Source of the DNA: Pseudobdellovibrionaceae bacterium
Lineage (GTDB): Bacteria > Bdellovibrionota > Bdellovibrionia > Bdellovibrionales > Bdellovibrionaceae
Length of the DNA stretch: 36,451 nt
Assembly (NCBI GenBank): GCA_044359815.1
Contig: JBIKLL010000021.1
Span: forward strand, 1 to 36,451
Direction: 5' to 3'
Each line of letters starts with the position of its first letter. The first letter of the stretch is position 1. The notes beneath the pieces were generated by a model. The model saw only the letters and a program-made list of their open reading frames with translations, was not told where the DNA came from and searched no databases. This document shows, one piece after another, positions 10,898 through 19,780 of the stretch. The position numbers and the translations under genes were made by a program.

Positions 10898-12282
10898 GTT
10901 TCTTCTTGTCCTTTTTGTACTTCGATACCGAAAGATTTAATCTTACGGTGTAAATAACTGCGTTCAAGACCGATCATTTCAGCTGTGCGGGAAATATTTC
11001 CGCTATTTTCTGCAATTTTTTTAACAAGGTATTCCTTTTCAAACTGTGCTCGGGCATCACGGAAAGACGGCAGCTCATTGCCAGAGCCTCCCTTGGCCTG
11101 TAAATCCAACCCTGCAAATCGCAAATCATGCACATCTATAAATTCTGTTGGAGTTAAAATATAAGCTCTTTCAATAAAGTTTTTTAGTTCTCGCACATTA
11201 CCTGGCCAAGAATGCTCCATCATTAATTTCAGAGCAGCTGCTGAAAAATCCTTTTTATCAAACCCGCCTTCTTTTGACGTAGCATCACTAAAATGCGCAA
11301 CCAAAGCCGGTATATCTTCTGGGTGATCCTTTAACAGCGGGACTTGAATTGCCATCACATTTAACTTATTTAACAATTCCTCGCGAAACCGGCCTTCAGA
11401 AACCTTTTTCTTCAGATCCTGAGACGTTGCTACAATGATTCTGACATCGACATTGATGGACTCAACCCCACCAAGCCTTGTGAATGATCTTTCAGTCAAA
11501 ATTTTAATAAATTTGTCCTGAGCCGTTAATGACAAATCAGAAATATCATCAAGAAATATTGTTCCCCCCTGCGCTAACTCCAGTTTTCCCTTTTGAGTTC
11601 TTTCAGCACCTGCGAAAGCGCCTTTTTCAAACCCAAAAAGTTCTGGATCAATCAAGTCCTCGGCCAAATTTGAACAATGAATTTCAACTAAGGGTCTGCC
11701 TGCACGCTGACTGAGGTAATGAATATTCTGTGCGATCAAATGCCTGCCCGTTCCCTTTTCACCAGTCAGCAGGATCGGAACCTGTAAAGGCGCACATCTG
11801 GCAATGGATTGTTTGAGTGAAACCATTTGAGATGTCTCACCAATCAGCGCAATACTTTTGCGAAGCTTATTTAGCAAAGTTTGCTTTTCTTCTTTTTCAC
11901 CCTGCAGCTGTAAAATGTTAGAAATTACGATTGAAATCTTATCCATCGAAAGAGGTTTTTCGATAAAGTCCCAGGCGCCAAGTTTAGTGGCCTTAACTGC
12001 TGTTTCGATAGTTCCATGTCCCGAAATCATGACAAAATCAATGTTCGGAAATTTACTGCGAGCTTGATTTAAAACTTCGATTCCATCCATGCTTCCGGGC
12101 ATCCAAATATCCAAAAAAACGATTTCAGGATTGAATTCGCGCATAGCTTTTAACCCAGCTTCACCATCAGCTGCAGACATCACAACATGTCCTTCGTCGC
12201 GAAGGGATCCAGAAAGCACCTCTCTGATGGGTTGTTCGTCATCGACTATTAAAATTTTTGCAGGTCTGACTTTGAGACTCAT
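10894..12282 (-). CDS. ntrX: NtrX-like response regulator (REC-AAA+-Fis HTH) with degenerate ATPase motifs
   Basis: REC motifs ILIVDDE / FLDIWMPG / MISGHG / FIEKP; AAA+ WPGNVRELKN; HTH GNISRTAEMIGLERSYLHRKIK; directly downstream of an NtrY-like kinase. Confidence 0.85.
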   Translation of the reverse strand: MSLKVRPAKILIVDDEQPIREVLSGSLRDEGHVVMSAADGEAGLKAMREFNPEIVFLDIWMPGSMDGIEVLNQARSKFPNIDFVMISGHGTIETAVKATKLGAWDFIEKPLSMDKISIVISNILQLQGEKEEKQTLLNKLRKSIALIGETSQMVSLKQSIARCAPLQVPILLTGEKGTGRHLIAQNIHYLSQRAGRPLVEIHCSNLAEDLIDPELFGFEKGAFAGAERTQKGKLELAQGGTIFLDDISDLSLTAQDKFIKILTERSFTRLGGVESINVDVRIIVATSQDLKKKVSEGRFREELLNKLNVMAIQVPLLKDHPEDIPALVAHFSDATSKEGGFDKKDFSAAALKLMMEHSWPGNVRELKNFIERAYILTPTEFIDVHDLRFAGLDLQAKGGSGNELPSFRDARAQFEKEYLVKKIAENSGNISRTAEMIGLERSYLHRKIKSFGIEVQKGQEET

Positions 12283-12294
12283 TTTAGACTCCGA

Positions 12295-14562
12295 TTATCC
12301 TGATGTTCGCTCGCCTGGTTTCCAGGCATCGACTTCGCTGACAGGCAATTCAATCAACATCCTTGTGCCTTTGGGCGAATGAGCCAATGCTCTGATAAAA
12401 CCACTGTGATCTTCAATAATTCTTTTTACTATAGCTAACCCCAGTCCTGTACCATTTTCCTTGGTGCTGTAATAGGGCTCAAAAACACGAGCCCTTAACT
12501 GTGCCGGAATTCCAACACCCGTGTCGCTCACTGTGATTTTTAAGATCTTTAGATCTGCGTCAAAATTGGTGGCGACCTCTACCCGTTTCTCTGCCTCACT
12601 CATAACAGCAGCAACGGCATTGTCGACCAGATTAACCAATGCACGTTTTATTTGATCAGGGTCAAACTTAAAGTCGGGAATATCGTTCTGTGGTTCATAA
12701 ACTATATCTACACCAGACTGTGCATTTTTATAAACAGCAATTGCTTCAGTAATAGTGTTGTTAATGTTTGCGACTACCGGTCTGGCCTGAGGCAGTCTGG
12801 CAAATTGTGAAAATTCATTCACTAGATTTTTAAGATCCTCAGTTTGCCTGATAATCATGGTCGTGCATTCTTTGAAAACAGGATCTGAAACCTGATCACC
12901 AAATTTTCTAAGCAGTCTTTCTGCTGATAACTTGATTGGCGTCAGTGGGTTTTTAATTTCGTGAGCGATTCGGCGGGCGACTTCTGTCCAAGCAGCTGAC
13001 CTTTGCGCGCTCACTATCGGTGTCATATCATCGAAAACCAAAATCTTTCCGACTTCGACACCCCTGTCGTCCTTCAAAAGTGACAACGTTAACTGAAACG
13101 GAATGGACTCACCCTGAACATTGACCTTAACTTCCTTTTGGACACTTTCGATTTTGTGCTCTTGCATGGTTTTAAGCAAAGCTGAAAAAGTTCTAAAATA
13201 CTCAAGGGTTAACAATTCACGCACAGGTCTGCCGATAAATTTTGTTGGCTCAATTTTTAACAGATTTCCAGCTCGACGATTCAATGTGGTGATCTTGCCG
13301 TTTTGATCAACCGAGATCACACCGGCGCTGACGTTTTTTAAAACCACTTCGATGTATCGATTGTATTTATCCAGATCTGACAAAGTCTGCTTCAGATTGT
13401 CATTGGCATTTCGAACTTCACGTTCAGATTTAGCCAGATTATCCGTCATCTGGTTGAAGTTTTCGACCAAAGAATAAATTTCTTCGCTGCCTGTTTTAAT
13501 CAACACAGGAGTGTAATCTCCAGTGGCAACCCTTTTGGTAGCCTTGCCCAACTGGACAAGCGGAATTGATAATTGCTTGGCCAGATAAAATCCAAACCAA
13601 CTGCCCGCTAACAAAATCACTAGGGTCATTAATACCAAAACGATCAGATAAATTGATTTGATGGGATATTCTAATGGATTTATGTCTTTGAATTCGTCAT
13701 AGGCCGATGAAATATCATTCATTTTAGCCGTCAGCGAAAGAGGCACAAAACTGCTGACCACGATGGCGCCTTTTTCAGATTTTTCAGCAATGGGCACGAT
13801 CACACGCACCAGATTCCCATCACCAAATTGATGAATCAAACTGGCATCAACCTTGGCCTTGACGCCTTTTTGCAGAAACTCCAGGGAAACAGGCGGAATC
13901 AAGGGGATGGTTTCGTCATCAGAAATCACTAATTCTCGAGATCCTAACAATGACGGGTAGTATTCAACTGAATCCAAACTGTACTGGTGCCTCAGTTTTG
14001 AAATTGTTTTTTTAATTGGCTCCCTACCCGAAATGCCCCTGACCTGCGATGCAATTTGATGGGCAAAGTGGTAGTTCTTTTTTTTGGCGTTAAAATAATA
14101 TGCGTTTGTGACTTCCAAGGAACTTTTTAAAACTCCAGCCATCTTGACGCTAAACCATTTATCAAAACTGGAATTGATGTAAAACACTGAGGTGATAAAC
14201 AACAGCATCGTTGGGATTGTGCTAAAAGCAACAAAAGCCGCAATCAGTTTTGCTTTTAGGGAGCTTCCGTAAATCCGCCCACGCCTTTCAACAAAAACTT
14301 TTACGACGTTTCTGAAAATTAAAAACAGAAGCAGCAACAAAATGACAATATTGAAATTAACCAAACCAAAGAAAAAAATCGAATGCACAAAAGGCAGTTG
14401 CTGACTGATACCAAAAAGTCTGATTTCAAACCAAGTCAGCAACAAAAACAGCGATGCCAAACAAAAAATCACCACAACTTCGCGCCGGCGTTTTTTGCTT
14501 TCTAAAAGCCACGCCGTCGTCGAAAACGGTTTTTCGTCAGAATCATTAGAGCTATTTTGCAT
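12295..14562 (-). CDS. ntrY: NtrY-like membrane sensor histidine kinase (HAMP-PAS-HisKA-HATPase)
   Basis: N-terminal TM helices, SFDKWFS, AAWTEVARRIAHEIKNPLTPIKLSAERL H-box, NLVDNA, DTGVG, GTGLGLAIVK. Confidence 0.9.
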   Translation of the reverse strand: MQNSSNDSDEKPFSTTAWLLESKKRRREVVVIFCLASLFLLLTWFEIRLFGISQQLPFVHSIFFFGLVNFNIVILLLLLFLIFRNVVKVFVERRGRIYGSSLKAKLIAAFVAFSTIPTMLLFITSVFYINSSFDKWFSVKMAGVLKSSLEVTNAYYFNAKKKNYHFAHQIASQVRGISGREPIKKTISKLRHQYSLDSVEYYPSLLGSRELVISDDETIPLIPPVSLEFLQKGVKAKVDASLIHQFGDGNLVRVIVPIAEKSEKGAIVVSSFVPLSLTAKMNDISSAYDEFKDINPLEYPIKSIYLIVLVLMTLVILLAGSWFGFYLAKQLSIPLVQLGKATKRVATGDYTPVLIKTGSEEIYSLVENFNQMTDNLAKSEREVRNANDNLKQTLSDLDKYNRYIEVVLKNVSAGVISVDQNGKITTLNRRAGNLLKIEPTKFIGRPVRELLTLEYFRTFSALLKTMQEHKIESVQKEVKVNVQGESIPFQLTLSLLKDDRGVEVGKILVFDDMTPIVSAQRSAAWTEVARRIAHEIKNPLTPIKLSAERLLRKFGDQVSDPVFKECTTMIIRQTEDLKNLVNEFSQFARLPQARPVVANINNTITEAIAVYKNAQSGVDIVYEPQNDIPDFKFDPDQIKRALVNLVDNAVAAVMSEAEKRVEVATNFDADLKILKITVSDTGVGIPAQLRARVFEPYYSTKENGTGLGLAIVKRIIEDHSGFIRALAHSPKGTRMLIELPVSEVDAWKPGERTSG

Positions 14563-15031
14563 TGTTTTTGATTTCTTTAAGAACCTTGATCATTTCAACT
14601 GCGACTTCAGCAGCTTCTGCGCCCTTGTTACCCATGGCTCCGCCTGCGCGAGCCAATGCCTGATCCTCATTTTCTGTGGTCAGAACTCCAAATCCAATGG
14701 GCTTTTTGTATTCAAGCATTAACTGGGTAACCCCACGCTCTACACTGGAACAAACATAATCATAATGCGAAGTTTCACCGCGAATCACGCAGCCCAAAGC
14801 AACGACCCCGTCATAACCACTCTCAAAATAAGCTTTGCAGGCCAATGGGATTTCCACAGCTCCGGGAACATTGCTTGAATGAACTATTACTTGTTTACCC
14901 AATCTGTGCAGATAAAAAAGCGCACCTTGCTGAAGTTTTTCAGTGATTTCGCTATTGAATTTGGAAGTTACCACTCCGATTTTTAGAATCTTCTGACTTT
15001 GCTTGGTCTTGCCCTTGGCTGCTTTGCTCAT
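14552..15031 (-). CDS. ribH: 6,7-dimethyl-8-ribityllumazine synthase
   Basis: SKFNSEIT, VPGAVEIP, LGCVIRGETSHYDYV, FGVLTT, NKGAEAA; start uncertain (15031 or 15049). Confidence 0.97.
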   Translation of the reverse strand: MSKAAKGKTKQSQKILKIGVVTSKFNSEITEKLQQGALFYLHRLGKQVIVHSSNVPGAVEIPLACKAYFESGYDGVVALGCVIRGETSHYDYVCSSVERGVTQLMLEYKKPIGFGVLTTENEDQALARAGGAMGNKGAEAAEVAVEMIKVLKEIKNNAK

Positions 15032-16151
15032 CTTTAAGAAATTCTCCACTTTCGTTGTTGTCTAGTGAAATTGTTCTGACAATTTCAAGGTCAAAAGCTT
15101 TGATGCCTACCTTTTTTTCTGGCCTGTTTGACAGAAGTTTAATTTGCTTAATACCAATTTGTCGAAGGATTTGAGCGCCCACTCCATAATCCCTTGCATC
15201 CATATCCCTGTGGCTAAAGGTTTTAATTTCACTAGTTAAGCCACCAGTTTGATTATTGCCTCGAAGCAGCAACAAAACACCCCTGCCCTCTGAATTAATC
15301 TTTTCCAAAGAAAGCTTTAAATTATCTGGGCCATTTTGCATAAACGTCAGCAAATCCCTGGTGTAGGAATCAAGCTGCACCCTTACCAAAGTTTCTTCGT
15401 TTTTTAAAATTTCGCCCTTTTGGAACACTAAGTGTTCCTGATCATCAATTTTGTTTTTAAAAACCCTGACCGTCCATTGACCAAACTGAGGGCTCTCAAA
15501 GGGCGCTGTATAAATTTCTTCTACCAATATTTCGCGGGACAATCGGTACTGCATCAAATCAACAATGGTGCCGATCTTAATACCATGTTTTTTAGCAAAC
15601 TTTTGCAAGTCAGGAACTCGGGCCATTGTCCCATCGTCATTCATAACTTCACAAATAACAGCCGCTGGATTGCAACCAGCCAACTGAGCTAAATCAACGC
15701 TTCCCTCTGTGTGGCCGGTTCTTTTTAAAACACCACCTCGTTGTGCTCTGATCGGAAAGATATGCCCGGGCGTATGAACATCACCGGGTTTTGCCAATGG
15801 ATTAGATGCTGCCCGCACCGTTCGAGCCCTGTCTGCTGCCGAAATCCCTGTGGTGACCCCAGTTGCGGCTTCGATACTGACGGTGAAGGCAGTTTTATTA
15901 GGTGTGTGATTTTGTTCTTCACGGACCATCAATGGTAATTGCAACCTGTCGATTTGCTCCTGAGTCAAAGCCAGACACACCAAGCCACCAGCTTCTTTGA
16001 TCATAAAATTAATTTTTTCAGGTGTCACAAAATCGGCGGCAAGGACCAAATCACCTTCGTTCTCCCTGTCCTCATCATCAACCAAAATAACCATTTTCCC
16101 AAGTTTCAAATCCGCAATCAAATCATCTACTGCATCAAACTCATGTTTCAT
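14952..16151 (-). CDS. ribB: DHBP synthase fused to a degenerate GTP cyclohydrolase II-like domain (RibBA/RibBX type)
   Basis: DDEDRENEGD, FTVSIEA, TTGISAADRA, PGHIFP, RTGHTE, ICE intact; the C-terminal domain keeps RDYGVGAQIL...LLSN but lacks the Zn-binding cysteines. Confidence 0.93.
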   Translation of the reverse strand: MKHEFDAVDDLIADLKLGKMVILVDDEDRENEGDLVLAADFVTPEKINFMIKEAGGLVCLALTQEQIDRLQLPLMVREEQNHTPNKTAFTVSIEAATGVTTGISAADRARTVRAASNPLAKPGDVHTPGHIFPIRAQRGGVLKRTGHTEGSVDLAQLAGCNPAAVICEVMNDDGTMARVPDLQKFAKKHGIKIGTIVDLMQYRLSREILVEEIYTAPFESPQFGQWTVRVFKNKIDDQEHLVFQKGEILKNEETLVRVQLDSYTRDLLTFMQNGPDNLKLSLEKINSEGRGVLLLLRGNNQTGGLTSEIKTFSHRDMDARDYGVGAQILRQIGIKQIKLLSNRPEKKVGIKAFDLEIVRTISLDNNESGEFLKDEQSSQGQDQAKSEDSKNRSGNFQIQ

Positions 16152-16744
16152 TAAACACCCTTTTGGTAAATCACTTTGGCATAATAATCGGTTTCAAGAT
16201 TGATCAAATCACCTGTTGAATACTGGCTTAGATTAGTTTTCCGTAAAGTTTCAGGTATCAAACAAACACCCAATTTATTTTGATCAATGAAATTGATTGT
16301 TAGAGAAACTCCGTTGATTGCTATAGAACCCTTGGACCAAATATTTTTTTGAATTTCATCTGGAACTTTCACTTGAATTAGCAAACTGGAGCCTTCATTG
16401 ACCAAATGATCAATCTGCCCAACAGCTTCCACATGACCCGTAACCAAATGCCCATGAACCCGATCCCCATATTTAAGCGACCGCTCCAGATTTAAATCTT
16501 TGGTAAAGTAATTTTCAATTGATGGACCCAAAACCTTTAAAGTTTCAGCACCAAAAGTAAATTGCATGCTGTCAGTATCAAAAGCTTCAACGGTTAAACA
16601 AGTCCCGTTAACGCTGACACTGTCACCGATTTTAAGATCATCAAAAATTGTCGGTTTTGAAATACAAAAAGTGATAGAGTCTTTTTGACGTTTTATTGAG
16701 CTTTGTATGACTTTGCCTGAGGCTTCAATTATCCCTGAAAACAT
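16151..16744 (-). CDS. ribE: Riboflavin synthase (alpha chain)
   Basis: MFSGII, GDSVSVNGTCLTV, NLER, GHLVTGHV, KGSIAINGVSLT, LIPETL, NLETD. Confidence 0.97.
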   Translation of the reverse strand: MFSGIIEASGKVIQSSIKRQKDSITFCISKPTIFDDLKIGDSVSVNGTCLTVEAFDTDSMQFTFGAETLKVLGPSIENYFTKDLNLERSLKYGDRVHGHLVTGHVEAVGQIDHLVNEGSSLLIQVKVPDEIQKNIWSKGSIAINGVSLTINFIDQNKLGVCLIPETLRKTNLSQYSTGDLINLETDYYAKVIYQKGV

Positions 16745-16787
16745 GGACTGCTAAGTACCATCCCCAGGGATAAAAAGCCAAATATAT

Positions 16788-17924
16788 TTAAGGAACTGCC
16801 TGCTTTGGTTGAGTCGAAGTTTTTTTAGGTTTTGGATCCACCAGTTTATGCACATACACCCTGGCACCTGGTTTTATTTTCACATTTGGATCCTGCCAAA
16901 TAGCCTTAGCTTTTGAAGCCTTGGTTCCCACAACAGTGACCTCAAAAATTCCGATAGGAGCCGAGGACTCTGGCATATCCCAATTAAGCTTAGAATTGCA
17001 AATATCACCCGACCAATCGTAAACAACGTTGTAAACCTCGAAAGTGTCCCCCACCATTAAACCTGAATCATAAGCTCCACCAGCATTGATAAAAATGTCA
17101 TCGTCACAGTTTTTCAAAACAGTGGCCCACCAAGATTTAGTTTTGTCGGCAAATGAGGCCTGTTCGTCGAATTGCTTTTTAAGCGAGCTCACTGCTGTAT
17201 CAAGTCCCTTGCGAACTGTTTTTCCTAAAGTGTCTTGATAGTAATAAGATCCGCCAATTCCAATTAGTCCCCAATTAATACTGCCATTGACGTCAAGGGA
17301 TTGTTGTTTAGCACTAGTATCGATAGTTGCAACCATGTCGCCACTGACTGGATGAATTGCGTTCATGCCCAAATGCAGCCTGGCCGTTTTGATTTTCGCA
17401 TCAGCGCCTAGCTGATAGAAGTTTGCAAACTTAACACTGCCACCAATGACTTGCTCCAATTCAAAATCGTAAAATGCTGTGTTGATAATAGCCTGAGGCA
17501 TTTTGATCATGCAGGCAGCTGTTGCTGACATTTTATAGGAACCCAGCTTACCGAAAACTGTGACAGCAGGTTCTGAAGTTTCAGATGCGTCTCTGCACTG
17601 ATGAAATTCTTCTTGAGAAATTTCATCCATCCCATCCAGATCAAAATTGTTTTCAAATTGATTGTCTATCGTGAAACCTTTTGAAGTTCGCAAAACATCA
17701 GACATCTGTACACTGGCAGCAAATCCGAAATCAAATGTGCCTCCACCAGGTAGTGGCATCTGTTGAGCTTGAATTGTTCCCAGAGCCACTCTGCGCTTAA
17801 GCTGCCTAGGACCTTCGTCCTGTGCCTGTTCTTTACATGCCTGGTTTGATGCAAACAGTGCTGCCATCGCTAGAGCGCTCAGGCCTTTAGTCGCGGTTCT
17901 TAGAAGTTGAATCATATTGGGCAT
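16788..17924 (-). CDS. Exported protein (possible lipoprotein) with a CsgG/HfaB-like core and FlgT C-terminal-like domain
   Basis: SD AAGGAGG; hydrophobic N-terminus ending NQA-C; ARLHLGMNAIHPVSGDMVA...TLGKTVRKGLDTAV, then W.ATV...IFINAG...GLMVGDTFEVY...IGIFEVTVV; fold assignment by eye only. Confidence 0.55.
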   Translation of the reverse strand: MPNMIQLLRTATKGLSALAMAALFASNQACKEQAQDEGPRQLKRRVALGTIQAQQMPLPGGGTFDFGFAASVQMSDVLRTSKGFTIDNQFENNFDLDGMDEISQEEFHQCRDASETSEPAVTVFGKLGSYKMSATAACMIKMPQAIINTAFYDFELEQVIGGSVKFANFYQLGADAKIKTARLHLGMNAIHPVSGDMVATIDTSAKQQSLDVNGSINWGLIGIGGSYYYQDTLGKTVRKGLDTAVSSLKKQFDEQASFADKTKSWWATVLKNCDDDIFINAGGAYDSGLMVGDTFEVYNVVYDWSGDICNSKLNWDMPESSAPIGIFEVTVVGTKASKAKAIWQDPNVKIKPGARVYVHKLVDPKPKKTSTQPKQAVP

Positions 17925-17949
17925 TATGCCCTCCTTAGTAGTTGATTTC

Positions 17950-17976
17950 TGATCGGCATCTAGACCTAAGGCTACA
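17950..17976 (-). promoter_or_regulatory. Putative sigma28 (FliA) promoter
   Basis: TGTAG-N14-GCCGATCA; -10 matches GCCGATAA at 7/8, -35 is weak; immediately upstream of the SD of 16788..17924. Confidence 0.5.
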
Positions 17977-18181
17977 TCTGTTTAGCAAATTCACAAACAA
18001 TCGCGCCAACCCTTGGAAAGCACTCTGATTTGATGGCGGATGAATGTTCTTGAGACAGACTATGTCTTTGAAATCACTGTGAATGGAAATTTGAATAATT
18101 TTAAAAAATCTTTTTGCTGAAAATCAATTCAACAAAATAAAAATCATTTTTGCTTAAGTGTTTTACAATTTGATCACAAAA

Positions 18182-18664
18182 TCACTGCAGAGCAACCCGA
18201 GGGTTCACGCTGTCAACAATGTCCCGGCCGATTTTTTCGACTTCTTTTTTAAACTGTGGATGCTCTGGATGTATCAGTTCCTCGTTTAACTTCTCTTTCA
18301 GTTTGCGAACTCTGGCATGAATACGATCCATGTTTTGTGATATGTGATGCTCACGAGTGTCGTAATGGGCAGTGGTTCTGGCCGTATCAATCAAAGTCAG
18401 CAAGGACTCCAATTCGCGAATCATTTTTTGCCGACTTGGATCTGACGACAATTTTTCAATTATGGAATCGACTTTTTCAGCAGGTTTTAAGGCCACATTC
18501 TGACATTTAAGCTCCTCACGAAGTTCATGCTTTGCACACAGCTTACTGGGCTTATAAGACTTGGCTTCCTGCTCAGCAAAATACCCTGCAACAGTGTTAG
18601 ATTGAAACAAAAAGCTGACTGTCAACACTGTGATCAGATGTTTATTGATTAATGACACCTTCAT
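18182..18664 (-). CDS. Hypothetical secreted alpha-helical protein (160 aa)
   Basis: Start moved to ATG 18664 (SD GAGGGGG); signal-peptide-like MKVSLINKHLITVLTVSFLFQSNTVA; two Cys and amphipathic helices. Confidence 0.7.
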   Translation of the reverse strand: MKVSLINKHLITVLTVSFLFQSNTVAGYFAEQEAKSYKPSKLCAKHELREELKCQNVALKPAEKVDSIIEKLSSDPSRQKMIRELESLLTLIDTARTTAHYDTREHHISQNMDRIHARVRKLKEKLNEELIHPEHPQFKKEVEKIGRDIVDSVNPRVALQ

Positions 18665-18809
18665 ATTAGCCCCCTCAATTCTTGTCGCTGAAGTTCTGTT
18701 AAAATTAATAGTTCGAAATTCATGCCAAAATACAACCCCGTAAATATGCGAAACTTCTGCAAAAGCAAACTTCCTGTCTTTACTTACTACCGTCAGTGCT
18801 GCAAAAGTC

Positions 18810-19712
18810 ATGAGTGATATGAGTCTATTTTTGAAACATTCTATTTTGCTCCTATTGATAGTGATCTTTAGTAGCTCAAAAGGTGAGGCTATTTGGGGAT
18901 GGTTTTTCCATTCGAAGCCGAGTTTGAATCTTTGCGATTCTGTTTTTACAAGCCCAGCAGAAACGGATTTTTTTAAGTTACTGGATGGCGACAGAAAGCA
19001 TTTTAATACTTCCAGAAATTTTGCAACTTACAATTTTGAACTCAGTGGCAAAGACCTGACTCGGGACAGTTTTGAAAACACTTTGTTGAATCTAAAACCT
19101 GGATCAATTTATTTTGATTCGGGCTCAGGTGAAACTCAGGCTATTTCGCAAATGATAAAATTAAAAAAGTTTAATCACATTTCTAGTTTTTTAGCTTTGA
19201 CCTACAAATACCCCACCATTGATACCTATGTCACTCTTGCCAAAAAACAGGGAAAATCCAGATTTGATTTTTTGCATGGCAAGACTCTGGAAGATTTTTA
19301 TGACAGTGGTCGATTGAATAGCTATATCGGTCGCATCGATTTTATATCGGATTTGTATGGACCAGCAGAGTATTCTTTGGATCTCAGAAAAGTTCTTAGT
19401 ATTTATCTGAAGCTTTTAAAAACTGGTGGAAAAATCAGACTGCAATTTTCTACCGTTCGAAATAGATTGGTTGTCAACAAAGCGGATAAGTTTGGGGCCA
19501 TCGATTGGATGTTTTATTTTAAAGCTATTTCTGGAGCCCAATCCCTAAAAATAAACGAAGACCCCGAGGGCTTTAATTATGTCATTGAGCTTACAAAGTC
19601 CGAAGATCACTTTGAATTACCTGAACTGGAACACATTGATTACAGAACAGAGTTTCGCGGGCAACCACACAGAACCTTTTATTTTGCTGATTACACAGCT
19701 GCTCAACACTGA
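18810..19712 (+). CDS. Hypothetical exported protein with a class I SAM-methyltransferase-like fold
   Basis: Signal-peptide-like N-terminus; YFDSGSGE (motif I), IDFISDLYG, LLKTGGKIRL. Confidence 0.6.
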   Translation: MSDMSLFLKHSILLLLIVIFSSSKGEAIWGWFFHSKPSLNLCDSVFTSPAETDFFKLLDGDRKHFNTSRNFATYNFELSGKDLTRDSFENTLLNLKPGSIYFDSGSGETQAISQMIKLKKFNHISSFLALTYKYPTIDTYVTLAKKQGKSRFDFLHGKTLEDFYDSGRLNSYIGRIDFISDLYGPAEYSLDLRKVLSIYLKLLKTGGKIRLQFSTVRNRLVVNKADKFGAIDWMFYFKAISGAQSLKINEDPEGFNYVIELTKSEDHFELPELEHIDYRTEFRGQPHRTFYFADYTAAQH

Positions 19713-19780
19713 TCCTTATCGTTGAATTCATAATCTTTTGCCATACAATAGCCAGTAGCTTTAAAAGAAGGAGACCCTAT

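Noticed and set aside
16745..16787. FMN riboswitch ahead of the rib genes
   Set aside because: Only 43 nt of intergenic space and no RFN motifs.
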